A stretch of DNA of 60,888 nucleotides, filler included, from Coriobacteriales bacterium (GCA_031263105.1; 5 parts of 5 records of this genome joined end to end with filler, not necessarily neighbours in it); one strand, 5' to 3'; shown: positions 1 to 10,049, counted from the first letter of the whole stretch. Made by a program: numbers and translations. Notes: generated by a model not told the origin, from the sequence alone.

Positions 1-87
1 GCGGCCTGAACGCCCGGTCCAGTAGTCGTACTCCTTTTTTACCTCGTCGGAGGCGTTCTCGTAGTCGGTCAATGGCAGGTAACTCAT
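1..87 (-). CDS. N-terminal fragment of a protein running off the window (MSYLPLTDYENASDEVKKEYDYWTGRSGR...), possibly carboxymuconolactone decarboxylase/AhpD-like family
   Basis: Manual translation; ATG at 87-85 preceded by GAAGGAG RBS. The family guess rests on 29 residues only. Confidence 0.45.
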   Translation of the reverse strand, partial: MSYLPLTDYENASDEVKKEYDYWTGRSGR

Positions 88-262
88 GGTGTGCTCCTTC
101 CCCGTGTGGCCCGTGTCGCCTGTGCCGCAGTGTCGCTAATACGACGGGTCTGCTGCTACGGTTTCGCTCGGCCACAGTTGAAACTATTGGAATCTTATAA
201 GCGTAGTATACAACCTCATCCGGCATGATGGGGCCATAAACAACGAATAGCCAAAACAGAAG

Positions 263-1021
263 CTACGGTTCAAAAGGCGGCGGGTCAACCAGCAACTTGG
301 CGAGCGCCCGATAATGTGCCGTCATCTCGCTTGCGGGATACGCCTCCACCACCGTTTTGCCGAGGCTTTCCGCACGCTGGATGTCGGGATGACGGGGCAG
401 ACGGTATACAACATCGGTTCCTATCTCACGGGCGGCCCTGTCCACCAGGGCATCCTCGTCCTCTATGCCCTTCGCGTTCAAGATGATGCCGCGAAGCGCC
501 GCGTATCCCTGCTTGGAAAAGTTCCTGACTGCGGTGGCGATGTTTGATGCCGCGTACAGGGACATCATCTCTCCTGAGCTCACGATACAGACCTCATCGG
601 CGTAGCCCTGCCGGATGGGCTGCGTAAAGCCACCGCAGACCACATCTCCCAGCACGTCATAAAGGACGATGTCAGGCTCGTAAACTGCATAGGCATCGAG
701 TTCCTCCAACTTCTCAAAGGCCGTGATGATGCCTCGCCCAGCGCAGCCTACCCCCGGGAGCGGTCCGCCGGCCTCCACGCAAAGCACGCCGCAGGCTCCT
801 TTTACTACCAACTCATCCAAGTTCACCTCTCTGCGCGTGCGGAGAAGGTCGAGTACGGTGGGGATGCCAACGCCCCCGGTGAGGCTTCTTGTCGAGTCCG
901 CCTTGGGATCGCATCCTATCTGCAGAACCCTCAGACCCATGCCTGCCAGTGCCGCCGCAAGGTTGCCGGTGGTCGTGGACTTGCCGATGCCGCCCTTGCC
1001 GTAGACAGCCAGTTTCTTCAT
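263..1021 (-). CDS. Nitrogenase iron protein-like reductase (NifH/BchL/CfbC family, group IV-like)
   Basis: [12 protein letters not shown]-loop, [24 protein letters not shown] and [11 protein letters not shown] with both 4Fe-4S cysteines; short 252-aa form. Confidence 0.93.
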   Translation of the reverse strand: MKKLAVYGKGGIGKSTTTGNLAAALAGMGLRVLQIGCDPKADSTRSLTGGVGIPTVLDLLRTRREVNLDELVVKGACGVLCVEAGGPLPGVGCAGRGIITAFEKLEELDAYAVYEPDIVLYDVLGDVVCGGFTQPIRQGYADEVCIVSSGEMMSLYAASNIATAVRNFSKQGYAALRGIILNAKGIEDEDALVDRAAREIGTDVVYRLPRHPDIQRAESLGKTVVEAYPASEMTAHYRALAKLLVDPPPFEP

Positions 1022-2568
1022 AATGCCCCATCCTCGGATTCGGTAGTGTCGGATGATGACGGGCCCTTGCCGTCCCGTCCGTCCCGTCCGCTCCGCTCGT
1101 CCCGCTCATCCCGCCCATCCCGTCTGTTCTGTCCATCCCGCCCGTCTCGTCTGTTCTGTCCGCTCGGCTCATCCCGTCCGTCCCGTCCATCCCACTCGTC
1201 CCGCTCATCCCACTCGTTCCTCGTGTCGTGCTCATAGGCCAGCCCGGCGTTAAGCCAGAAGTCGAGCAGGTTCAAGGCGCCGCGGAAGCCCAGGAAGGGA
1301 GGCTCGTAGGGATTGACGCGCCAGCGGAGGTCGGGGTTTGCTATCTGTAAGCCCCTGAGTCTCTGCGAGGTCTCTGCGCCGCGGTCTCTCAGGGAGAGTG
1401 CCTCGCCGCTTGCCATAAGCAGCCCAGCCCTGTGACGCACGACCTCTTGTGACCACGCATCCTCCGTAAGAAAGGGAAGCCCCTCCGTACCCATTTCAGG
1501 ATCGTCGCACCAGCACAGGCCACGAGAGCCACCCAGCTCCTCATCCGCAAAGGCGAGGATACCCTTCACGACATCGATGTGTCCTCCGATTGACAACCGT
1601 ACCGCGCGGGGGCTTTTGTTTGCCAGATGCGAGAAAACGGGCGCAAGCCGTGCGCTCAGTGTCTGAGACTCCTCGTTCTCCCTGGCAAGGAAGCGCTCGT
1701 CGACTGGCAGACCGCTCGCTTGCGCAACCTGTCGTATCCAACGGGTTGTGGCCGGGGCACCATAAGGGCGTCCTATCACGAAAGCTGTGCCAAAACGTTT
1801 GTGCAGGCAGCGCGCGGCCGCCTCTCCCTCGTGTCGGATGACCAGGTTTACCCGCGCGTTGCTCATGTGCCGGATCTGTTCCACCGAACAATCGGAGGTC
1901 ATAACGCACAACGGCGTCATCCCAAAGGCCCCGGTCATTATCCGCTCCAGCTCCTGCGCGTCCGCTTTGAAGCGGAACAGGTCGGCACACGAGCCGATGA
2001 TGTTGAACGATAATGGCTCCGCCTGTCCTGCCGCCCGTCCTCCCGCCCGTCCTCCCGCCCGTCCTCCCGCCGGTGCTACCCCCGCCCCCGCCGCATCTAC
2101 TCGCGTCGTCTGTCCCGGTCTGCCAGCAAGGGACTCAGCCAGACGAAGGAGTGCCCCGCGTACTCCCTGAGGCTGTGTTGCGTCGAGGCTCCCGTGCCCA
2201 AAGGGAATGAGCAGGGCTTCAGGGTACTTCTCGCGTAATCCCTGACAGAGAGACGCAAGGTCCACACCGATGATCTGGGGTATGGATGAGGGGAGAAGGA
2301 ATACGACGTGGTGTCCGTCTTTCCGTATGATGACGTCAAGCGCCTCATCCAGCCGGTCGGTTCTGCCCAGCGCTATGTCCGTCTCGTCAAGATGCGTGGA
2401 GTACAGGCTGCACGATACGGGCACACCGGCCCTGTCCAGAAGCGAATGACTGTAGAGCAGGTGCCCCATGCACCCGAATTCCAGGAGCGCGGCGCCTCGG
2501 ATGGGCGCAAGCGTCCAGAGCGTCCCCATGCGCCCGGAAGAAGGCGGTGTGAATCGGTACAGGCCCAT
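1018..2568 (-). CDS. Nitrogenase component 1-like subunit (K/BchB/BchZ-like), with a repeat-derived C-terminal tail
   Basis: [40 protein letters not shown] and PFLGFRGA motifs; TGA overlaps the nifH-like ATG (ATGA). Confidence 0.85.
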   Translation of the reverse strand: MGLYRFTPPSSGRMGTLWTLAPIRGAALLEFGCMGHLLYSHSLLDRAGVPVSCSLYSTHLDETDIALGRTDRLDEALDVIIRKDGHHVVFLLPSSIPQIIGVDLASLCQGLREKYPEALLIPFGHGSLDATQPQGVRGALLRLAESLAGRPGQTTRVDAAGAGVAPAGGRAGGRAGGRAAGQAEPLSFNIIGSCADLFRFKADAQELERIMTGAFGMTPLCVMTSDCSVEQIRHMSNARVNLVIRHEGEAAARCLHKRFGTAFVIGRPYGAPATTRWIRQVAQASGLPVDERFLARENEESQTLSARLAPVFSHLANKSPRAVRLSIGGHIDVVKGILAFADEELGGSRGLCWCDDPEMGTEGLPFLTEDAWSQEVVRHRAGLLMASGEALSLRDRGAETSQRLRGLQIANPDLRWRVNPYEPPFLGFRGALNLLDFWLNAGLAYEHDTRNEWDERDEWDGRDGRDEPSGQNRRDGRDGQNRRDGRDERDERSGRDGRDGKGPSSSDTTESEDGAL

Positions 2569-2571
2569 GTC

Positions 2572-4053
2572 TCATCCCCGTCCCTGCCGTGTGATCGCAG
2601 CAGTCGCAGCGGTCGCAGTAGTCGCAGTAGTCGCAGAGGATGAGGAGCCCACGTTTGCGCTGCCCTCTTTTTCTTCGACGGCACGCAACAGAAGTTCCAG
2701 CAGGCCGATCATCCGGTCGTAGCCGAGCTTTGTTCGCAGGGTGCCCACAGAAGGCAGGCACATGCTTGGGCTTTTGCCGGGCAGTGCGCCGAAGCAGAAA
2801 TCAGGGTCGAGGTCCTGCAGCGCTGCCGCATCCTGTCGCACGTTCACCAGGTGGCAGACCAAAGGGTCATAGCCCTTTGCGTTGAGTTGCTGTGCCTGCG
2901 CCCGTTGCGCAGGCGCGAAGTCATCGATATGGAGGAGCAGCGGTTCCATGCCGAGCTCCGCAAGATAAAGGGCCAGCGGGATGGGCGAGACCTCGCCGAG
3001 GGGTGCGCAGACATACCGCGTGCCCCTCAGCGCGTCCTTTGCCTGTTGGTGGAGAATGGCGGCGTGCTCCCGTCTCTTTGAGGAGAACAGGGGAGCATCG
3101 AGTCGCAGGAGCTCCGTGATTCTGGCAAAGACCTCATCCAGGGTGGCTATGCCGTACGCATCGCAGAGCGTACAAAAGGGGACGGCGAAGCTGCGCTCCA
3201 TCTCCTGTGCCAGTTGCTCTGCCCACGGAGAAAGCACGAGGTTCAAAACGGCGTCTGGTGCCTCGCAAAAGCCCTCGATCGGCGTTCCCGTGCCTAGGAA
3301 GCGCAGGTGAAACCCCTGGTTTCTGATGACCTGAAGCTCCTCTGGCAGCTCGCCGCGTGCCGTGTCCGGTGTCCAGCCCAGCACATTGACGCTTCGAGTG
3401 GTCGCGCCTTGGCGGGCCCCCGCATCTCGGCGACCGCTCTCGTCTCGGCGAACCCCCGCGCCCCGGCAGTCACTCTCGTCTCGGTAAGCTTCCGCATCTC
3501 GGCGACCGCTCTCGTCTCGGCCAGCCCCCGCGCCTTGAGGCTCCATCAACGCGCAGAGCGACGCCAGCGCCTTGCGTAGCCCCTGGGGATGGCTGTTGCA
3601 TTTGAAATGCCCTGCCGGAAGGGGGATAAGCGACGCTGAGACCTGGGGACGCAGTCCATAGAGGATGCCTTCGATGTCCTCGCCCGTCAGTTCGGGAACG
3701 CAGGTGAAAATGACCATGATGGCGCGCGCCCCGCCGCGATCCATCTCTCTGATCGCGGCGGCCAGTCCCTCTCCGCAACCGAATATCACCTCGCTGTCGT
3801 CAAGCACGTAGCTCCAGTGCCGCGCTGTCGCATCATGGCTGCGTGCGGCGACGACGCGACTGTACACCGTGCATTCCGGCATACCCACAACCAGCGTTGA
3901 AAGGCCGGGCACCGTTGTCGCGAACGCCAGGGCGGTATGCATGGGGCAATGGTTGCCGGGCGTGGCCGCCGGTGTCAGGAACCTCACGCCGGCGTCGGAG
4001 CGGACGGCGGAGAGTCGCTGAAGATGCGACAGGCACGCTGGTCTTTCGCTCAT
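2572..4053 (-). CDS. Nitrogenase component 1-like subunit (D/BchN/BchY/CfbD-like)
   Basis: Three spaced Cys motifs (NHCPMH, GMPECTVY, FTCVPELTGED), EVIFG, VNVLG, ELGME and GYD motifs; ATG overlaps the upstream ATPase stop. Confidence 0.85.
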   Translation of the reverse strand: MSERPACLSHLQRLSAVRSDAGVRFLTPAATPGNHCPMHTALAFATTVPGLSTLVVGMPECTVYSRVVAARSHDATARHWSYVLDDSEVIFGCGEGLAAAIREMDRGGARAIMVIFTCVPELTGEDIEGILYGLRPQVSASLIPLPAGHFKCNSHPQGLRKALASLCALMEPQGAGAGRDESGRRDAEAYRDESDCRGAGVRRDESGRRDAGARQGATTRSVNVLGWTPDTARGELPEELQVIRNQGFHLRFLGTGTPIEGFCEAPDAVLNLVLSPWAEQLAQEMERSFAVPFCTLCDAYGIATLDEVFARITELLRLDAPLFSSKRREHAAILHQQAKDALRGTRYVCAPLGEVSPIPLALYLAELGMEPLLLHIDDFAPAQRAQAQQLNAKGYDPLVCHLVNVRQDAAALQDLDPDFCFGALPGKSPSMCLPSVGTLRTKLGYDRMIGLLELLLRAVEEKEGSANVGSSSSATTATTATAATAAITRQGRG

Positions 4054-4895
4054 GTTCGCACATCGCCTTCGGACGGGGGTAGCGCGTTGGGCGCCGGATG
4101 CCTGAGCGGGGCATGCTTCAGGTCATACGAGATGCAAATGGGTCGCCCGGTGCGTGGGTCGGGCCCTACTTCCGCGTCGATATGGAAGGTGTCGCCCAGC
4201 ACCTTTGCCGAGACCACCACCTCCGGCGTCCCGTGCTCAATGATAGAGCCGCCTCGCACGGCGACCATGTAATCGGAGAAACGCGCCGCGAGGTTTATGT
4301 CGTGAAGCACCATGATTATCGTACGGCCCTGCCCGCGATTGAGGTGGTGCAGGAGCTCCAGTATTTCCAGTTGATAGGCCAGGTCGAGATAGGTCGTCGG
4401 TTCATCGAGCAGGATGAGGTCGGTCTGCTGGGCAAGCGCCATGGCTATCCACGCGCGCTGGCGCTGTCCGCCGGACAGGCTGTCTATCGCTGTGGTCTCA
4501 TCATCGGCAAGCCGAGTGGCCTCCAATGCCCAGGTTATGACCCGTTTTGACTCCTGATCGAGTCTGCCCATGCCCCGCTGATGGGGGAAGCGACCATAGG
4601 CGACCAGCTCGCCCACGGTAAGCCCCTCCGGGGCCTGAGGAGCCTGAGGCAATATCGCCATCCTTTGGGCGACTTCCCGCGTCGAGAGACTACGGATGTC
4701 ATCGCCGTTCAGGTAGATCAGTCCGCTTTGAGGCTTGAGGATGCGCCCGATTGCTTTGAGTATGGTCGACTTGCCGCAGCCGTTTGGCCCGATAATGGCG
4801 GTTATCCTGCCCTGCGGTATCCGCATGCACAAATCATCGAGTACCCGTTTTTCGTCATAGGCGACTGCCAGCCGTTTTGTCTCAATGCTGTCCAT
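4050..4895 (-). CDS. Iron-siderophore/heme/cobalamin ABC transporter ATP-binding protein (FecE/FhuC-like)
   Basis: GPNGCGKST, LSGGQRQRAWIAMALAQ, LLDEPTTYLD, VLHDIN; start chosen at MDSIETK. Confidence 0.92.
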   Translation of the reverse strand: MDSIETKRLAVAYDEKRVLDDLCMRIPQGRITAIIGPNGCGKSTILKAIGRILKPQSGLIYLNGDDIRSLSTREVAQRMAILPQAPQAPEGLTVGELVAYGRFPHQRGMGRLDQESKRVITWALEATRLADDETTAIDSLSGGQRQRAWIAMALAQQTDLILLDEPTTYLDLAYQLEILELLHHLNRGQGRTIIMVLHDINLAARFSDYMVAVRGGSIIEHGTPEVVVSAKVLGDTFHIDAEVGPDPRTGRPICISYDLKHAPLRHPAPNALPPSEGDVRT

Positions 4896-4926
4896 CACTG
4901 CTCTCGCTTTCATCACTCGCTTTTCA

Positions 4927-6120
4927 TCAGAATTTGCTCTTTGCGAGCAGGTAGAGGAAGTAGGGCGCGCCGATGACCGCCACGATGATGCCAACAGGTA
5001 TCTCGGCGGGCTGAACGATGCTGCGGGCGATGGTGTCGGCGACCGAGACCAGGACTGCCCCGGTCAGGGCGCAGACGGGGAGCAGGATATGGTGCCGTGA
5101 GCCCACCAGCCGTCGAGCGAGATGTGGGGCTATGAGTCCCACAAAGCCGATGCTCCCACTCACCGCGACGCTCGACGCGGCAAGGGCAACGGCAATCGCC
5201 AGCAGCTTGACCTGCTCTCTGCCGAGTGGCACGCCCAGACTGATGGCGGTCTCGTTGCCAAGAAGCAGCACATCGAGGACGCGGCTTTTTGTCAGCACGA
5301 GAGGAACGAGCAGCGCAAACCAGGGCAGAAGTGCCAGCACATACTGCCAGTTCGAGCCCCAGATGCTGCCCGCCTGCCAGGTGGCGAAGTTCGCGAGCTG
5401 TGTGTCATCGAGCTTGACCACCAGCAGCAACGTGGCGGCCGCTATGCCCGCCTGCACGGCGATACCCACCAGTATCAGCCGCAGCGGCGCGACGCCATCG
5501 GATCTTCGGTAGGCCAGCGCATAGATGAGGACGGCCGTCAGCGAGGCTCCGCAAAGTGCCAGAAAGGGGAGCAGGAACACCGAATAAAACGACATCCTGC
5601 CGATGAACAGGGTAAATAGGATGACCATGATGCCTGCCCCCGCGTTGATACCGAGCAGTCCGGGGTCGGCGAGGGCGTTGCGCGTCACGCTCTGTATGAT
5701 GCAGCCGGCCAGTGCCAGCCCCATCCCCACGAGGACGGAGATGACGATACGCGGCAACCTGAACTCGAACAGGATAAGCTCTTCCTGCGGCGTGCCGCTT
5801 CCCGTGAGGATGCGTGCGATGTCCAGAGGGGACAGCCCGGTATAGCCGGTGCTCATGCTGACGACAAAGGACAGGAGGAGCAGGGCGGAGAAGATGGCAA
5901 CGACGAGCGCGCAGCGGCGGCGCACTCGTTGCCTGTGTCTGGCCGTCTTTTCCTGGCGCGCCTCCCCTTGGTGTGTGTCCTGCTGGTGCGCCTCCCCCCG
6001 GGGCGTGTCCCCTTGGCGTGCGTTCTCCCGCAGCGCTTCCCCTTGGCGCGCATCCTCCTGCCGCATCTCCCCCTGCCGCGCATCCCCCTGCCGCGCGTTC
6101 CGCTCCTCCTCCCTCGTCAC
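4927..6120 (-). CDS. FecCD-family ABC permease (FhuG-like) with N-terminal 5-aa repeats
   Basis: RLPR, TRNALADPGLLG, IGFVGLIAPH and GAPYF motifs; GTG at 6120 overlaps the upstream TGA. Confidence 0.9.
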   Translation of the reverse strand: MTREEERNARQGDARQGEMRQEDARQGEALRENARQGDTPRGEAHQQDTHQGEARQEKTARHRQRVRRRCALVVAIFSALLLLSFVVSMSTGYTGLSPLDIARILTGSGTPQEELILFEFRLPRIVISVLVGMGLALAGCIIQSVTRNALADPGLLGINAGAGIMVILFTLFIGRMSFYSVFLLPFLALCGASLTAVLIYALAYRRSDGVAPLRLILVGIAVQAGIAAATLLLVVKLDDTQLANFATWQAGSIWGSNWQYVLALLPWFALLVPLVLTKSRVLDVLLLGNETAISLGVPLGREQVKLLAIAVALAASSVAVSGSIGFVGLIAPHLARRLVGSRHHILLPVCALTGAVLVSVADTIARSIVQPAEIPVGIIVAVIGAPYFLYLLAKSKF

Positions 6121-7196
6121 TGAGCCCTCCTCTGTCTGCGTGCCAGATGCAGGAAGAACGGCACACCGATGAGCGCTATGATCGCGCCGATTGGTGCCTC
6201 GAACGGCGGAGCGAGCGTGCGTGCGCCTAAGTCTGCCAGAACCACGAGAAGGGCGCCGAGAACCGCTGAGGAAGGAATTATCCAACGATAGTCGACCCCA
6301 ACCAGGAAGCGGGCGAGATGCGGGACAATCAGGCCGACGAAGCTGACAGCACCCACAACGGCGACCGCGGTGCCGGCCAGGAGCAGGACGACGACCGAGC
6401 AGAGGACGCCGACAAGCATCGTGTTGACCCCCAGCCCTCGGGCGACCTCATCACCCAGGCTCAGGATTGAGACAAAGCGCGACAGGGCCAGCGCTCCGAG
6501 CAGAGCCGCGCCTATCAGAGGCGCAACGATTGCGAGTTGTTCCCAATCGCAGCCGGCGACGCCTCCCAGAGTCCAGAACGTGATGCTGCGCACCACCTTG
6601 AAGTACAGCGTGATGCCCTGGCTGAGCGCCACAAGGAGAGCGCTGACCGCTGCTCCGGCCAGGACGAGGCGCATGGGTGTCGCTCCTCCGCGTCGCAGCG
6701 ACGCGACGCCGTTGACGAGCCCCGCTCCCAAGGCGGCTCCGACAAACGAGAAGATGATGATCTGCAGGTACGATACCTGCGGAAAAAAGGCGAAACAGAG
6801 CGCAAGGGCAAGACCCGCGCCAGCGTTGAGCCCCATGAGCCCGGAGTCCGCCAGGGGGTTACGCGTTATCCCCTGCATGATGGCCCCCGCGACGGCGAAC
6901 GCCGCTCCGACCAGTGCGCTCGCGATGACCCGTGGCAGGCGCAGTTGCGTGATTATCACATGGTGGGTGTTGCTCCCATCAAAGCGAAGGAACGCATCCA
7001 GCACCGAACTGAGCGGTATGGTGATGGAGCCCCGCGTGACGGAAAAGGCCATACACAGCACCAAAAGCGCACTGCCACCCGTGATGATGAGCAGGGCTAC
7101 TCCCGCGCGTCCCTTCCCTTTCTGTCTCTTAGGGGTGTCCCGTGCGGCCTGTTTGTCCCGTGCGGCCCGTGTGCTCTGTCTGCTCTGTCGTGTCAA
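6117..7196 (-). CDS. FecCD-family ABC permease (FhuB-like)
   Basis: RLPR, QGITRNPLADSGLMG, SFVGLIVPH and GVPFF motifs. Confidence 0.9.
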   Translation of the reverse strand: MTRQSRQSTRAARDKQAARDTPKRQKGKGRAGVALLIITGGSALLVLCMAFSVTRGSITIPLSSVLDAFLRFDGSNTHHVIITQLRLPRVIASALVGAAFAVAGAIMQGITRNPLADSGLMGLNAGAGLALALCFAFFPQVSYLQIIIFSFVGAALGAGLVNGVASLRRGGATPMRLVLAGAAVSALLVALSQGITLYFKVVRSITFWTLGGVAGCDWEQLAIVAPLIGAALLGALALSRFVSILSLGDEVARGLGVNTMLVGVLCSVVVLLLAGTAVAVVGAVSFVGLIVPHLARFLVGVDYRWIIPSSAVLGALLVVLADLGARTLAPPFEAPIGAIIALIGVPFFLHLARRQRRAQ

Positions 7197-7213
7197 CCGT
7201 CTGCCTCTCTGTC

Positions 7214-8929
7214 CTACCGGGCGGTCTGTGCCTGATAAAGCATCGCGTACGTCCCCCGGTTTCGCAGGAGCTCGTCGTGGGTTCCCTGCTCGGCAATGCC
7301 GTCTTTGTCCAAGACGATGATGTGGTCGGCCGAGCGCATCGTGGCAAGGCGATGGGCGATGATGAGCGTCGTCCTGCCCTGCGACAACTCCGCGAGTGCC
7401 CGTTGGATGCCGGCCTCCGTTTGGGTATCCAACGAGGACGTTGCCTCATCGAGGATGAGGATGGGCGGGTTCTTGAGGAACATCCTCGCTATGGAGACGC
7501 GCTGCTTCTGTCCACCTGAGAGCTTGACGCCGCGCTCGCCGATGGGGGTATCCAGACCGGCGGGCAACTCGCTGATCAGGGTATCCAGTTGCGCGCGTCG
7601 CACGGCCTCTGCCACCTCCTCCTCCGTCGCGTCGAGACGGCCAAAACGGATGTTTTCACCAATCGTGCCTGAGAACAAAAATACGTCCTGCTGCACTACG
7701 CCGATCTGTTTGCGCAGAGAGCGCAGCTTCAGCGTCCGTATGTCCGTGCCGTCTATTGTGATGCGCCCACAATCCGGCTCATAGAACCGGGGGATCAGAC
7801 TGCACAGGGTCGTCTTGCCCACACCGGACATGCCAACGATGGCGGTGGTCTTTCCCGCCGGCATGCACAGGCTTATCCGCCTCAGTATTGGCCGGTTGCT
7901 CTCATAGGAAAAGCTCACGTCCTCGTAGCGAATCTCACCGTTGGGGAAGCACCGGTCTTTTGCGTCAGGCGCATCCTGAATTTCCGGCCGGGTGTCCATG
8001 AGCGTGGCGAAGTTCCTGAATCCCGCCATTCCCTTGGGGAAGCGGACGGAGAACGAGGCGAGCATCTGTATCGGCATGACCATGATGTTTGCCAGCAGGA
8101 TGAAGCTGAAGAGGTCGCCGCCGGTCATGCTGTTGGCGAGCGTGAACCAACTGCCTACCAGCAGGGCGGTGAGGGGCAGGATGCTGCGCAGGAGATAGGT
8201 AATCGCCTCGTTGGTGGCAAGGTTTTTGATGCTGTCTGCCTTTGCCGCGCAGAAGCGTTGGTTATCGGCAAAGAACAGGTTTCGGTAGTGCTCCTCGTTT
8301 GTGAAGGACTGCACGACGCGAATGCCGCCGATGCCGTCTTCCAGGCGGGAGACAAAGCCTGCTATCGCGGAGAGCATCTCCTTATGTGAATGTATCAACC
8401 TGCGGAAGAAGTACATATTGCACGCGATAAGAAACGCAACAACAGCGCTCATGACGAGTGCCAACAGGAGGTTGGTATGCAGCATGAGCGCGAAAGAGCC
8501 CGTCAGCGTGCACAGGGCGATAAACAGGTGTTCGGGCCCATAGTGGGCCATATTGCTCACGTCGAGCAGGTCGTTGGAGATGCGGGACGCGAGCTTGCCC
8601 GTCTTGTTGTTGTCAAAGAAGCTGAACGAGAGCTTCTGGAGGTGGTCGTAGAGCTCCAGGCGCAGGTCGGTCTCGATATACATTCCCAGGCGCTCGCCCC
8701 AGTAGTTCACCACAAACTTCAGGCCGGTGCTGACAACATAGACGCCCGCGAGAAAGGCGCAGGCGGACAGGATGAGGCTCCAGTTGCCCTGCGGCAGGAG
8801 GTCGTCCACGATGCGGCTCACCGTCAGGGGAAAGAACAACTCCAGCGCTGCCGAGATGACAGCGCAGGAGAAGTCCAGAAAAAACAGCCCCTTGTACGGC
8901 CGATAATAGCGTATGAACCTGCGTAGCAT
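7214..8929 (-). CDS. Fused ABC transporter permease/ATPase (exporter fold)
   Basis: N-terminal TM domain followed by GMSGVGKTT, LSGGQKQR and LDEATSSLD. Confidence 0.9.
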   Translation of the reverse strand: MLRRFIRYYRPYKGLFFLDFSCAVISAALELFFPLTVSRIVDDLLPQGNWSLILSACAFLAGVYVVSTGLKFVVNYWGERLGMYIETDLRLELYDHLQKLSFSFFDNNKTGKLASRISNDLLDVSNMAHYGPEHLFIALCTLTGSFALMLHTNLLLALVMSAVVAFLIACNMYFFRRLIHSHKEMLSAIAGFVSRLEDGIGGIRVVQSFTNEEHYRNLFFADNQRFCAAKADSIKNLATNEAITYLLRSILPLTALLVGSWFTLANSMTGGDLFSFILLANIMVMPIQMLASFSVRFPKGMAGFRNFATLMDTRPEIQDAPDAKDRCFPNGEIRYEDVSFSYESNRPILRRISLCMPAGKTTAIVGMSGVGKTTLCSLIPRFYEPDCGRITIDGTDIRTLKLRSLRKQIGVVQQDVFLFSGTIGENIRFGRLDATEEEVAEAVRRAQLDTLISELPAGLDTPIGERGVKLSGGQKQRVSIARMFLKNPPILILDEATSSLDTQTEAGIQRALAELSQGRTTLIIAHRLATMRSADHIIVLDKDGIAEQGTHDELLRNRGTYAMLYQAQTAR

Positions 8930-8944
8930 TATGCTATGACGCGC

Positions 8945-9925
8945 CTATTTGGCAAGCAGGAAATCGACCATCTTGTCAGCGGTGTACTCGGTCGAGACGA
9001 TGCTCGTCGAGTGCGCCGCGCCATCGATGGTAAAGACCATGCCGTCTTTTACTGCCTGAATGGTCTGCCAGACGGGACTACTCTGGAGCTCTTCGGCAAT
9101 GGCTTCGTCTCCGTTGAATACCGCGAGGAAGAGTATGTCCGGGTTCATCTCCGCCAATGTCTCCAGCGGCACCTGTTGGTAGCCGGCACCGAACTCTGGG
9201 TAACCCGTTGGCGCGGTAAAGCCCAGGCCAAGTGCGGGATCATAGAACTCGCCTCTGCGGGCGCTGAAGTACCTGTCCTTGCCCATCACCGAAAGCATGA
9301 CGACGGTCTTTCCTTCCAGGGTGGCGCTCAGTTGTTCCCTGTCGCTGGCAAGCTGTGCATCGAACTGGGTGATCCGCTCCTCTGCCTCGTCTTCCAGGCC
9401 AAGTATCTTCCCAAATTCCCGAAGGGCGTAGCGGCTGTCCTGCCCAAGCTGCCCATCCATGACGATGACCGGTGCTATCTTCTCCAGGTTCTCGACGCCA
9501 TCGGGTGTGGCGATGAAGATAAGGTCGGGTGCGAGTGCTGTGAGCTTCTCAAGGTTGAGCGTGGGGTCGCCCATGTCCTCGACGCCACTCACCTCATAAT
9601 CCTCAAACGCGTCCCAGGTCTGCCGGTAGTGCTCCGCGCTTGACGCGCCGGCGGGCATGATGCCAAGGGCCATCAGGTATTCCCAGTAGGGGAGGTAGTC
9701 GACGACTATCTTCTCCGGGAACTTCTCAAGGGTGACCGTTCTGCCGGCTGCGTCGGTATAGGTGCGTGGCCAGGCGCTATCCTCCGTTGTGGTTGTTGAT
9801 GATGTTGAGGCGGGCGGTTGGTTCTGCGGCTCGTCGGTGGCGGGGTTGCCGCATCCTGCGATCCCCGCGATTCCTCCGCCTATGAGCAGGGTGATGAGCA
9901 GCAGGCTGATGAAACGACGTGTCAT
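8945..9925 (-). CDS. Iron-siderophore/heme-type ABC substrate-binding lipoprotein
   Basis: AAAAGGAGG RBS, signal peptide with IAGC lipobox, WPRTYTDAAG, NLEKLTALAPDLI and WQTIQAVKDG. Confidence 0.88.
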   Translation of the reverse strand: MTRRFISLLLITLLIGGGIAGIAGCGNPATDEPQNQPPASTSSTTTTEDSAWPRTYTDAAGRTVTLEKFPEKIVVDYLPYWEYLMALGIMPAGASSAEHYRQTWDAFEDYEVSGVEDMGDPTLNLEKLTALAPDLIFIATPDGVENLEKIAPVIVMDGQLGQDSRYALREFGKILGLEDEAEERITQFDAQLASDREQLSATLEGKTVVMLSVMGKDRYFSARRGEFYDPALGLGFTAPTGYPEFGAGYQQVPLETLAEMNPDILFLAVFNGDEAIAEELQSSPVWQTIQAVKDGMVFTIDGAAHSTSIVSTEYTADKMVDFLLAK

Positions 9926-9938
9926 GGTTCCTCCTTTT

Positions 9939-9954
9939 GTTAGCAAGAGCTAAC
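9939..9954. promoter_or_regulatory. Putative DtxR/IdeR/MntR-family operator GTTAGC-AAGA-GCTAAC
   Basis: Palindrome with perfect 6-bp arms immediately upstream of the RBS of the binding-protein gene; a similar site lies at 11089-11104. Confidence 0.6.
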
Positions 9955-10020
9955 TCCTTGTGTGCAAAAAACCGCTGCGAGAACGGCTCTGATGGCGCGC
10001 CCTGTTCCTGGCGCCATGCG

Positions 10021-10049
10021 AGTGTAATGAGAGTCGGCTCGACGGTCAA
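10021..10049 (-). promoter_or_regulatory. Sigma70-type promoter TTGACC-N17-TACACT for the transport/nitrogenase-like operon
   Basis: -35 at 10049-10044 and -10 at 10026-10021, with 17-bp spacing. Confidence 0.6.

Noticed and set aside
263..4053. True nitrogen-fixation (nifHDK) cluster
   Set aside because: No nifB/E/N in the cluster, the K-like subunit lacks two P-cluster Cys, FeMo-co ligands are not recognisable, and the context is metal uptake.
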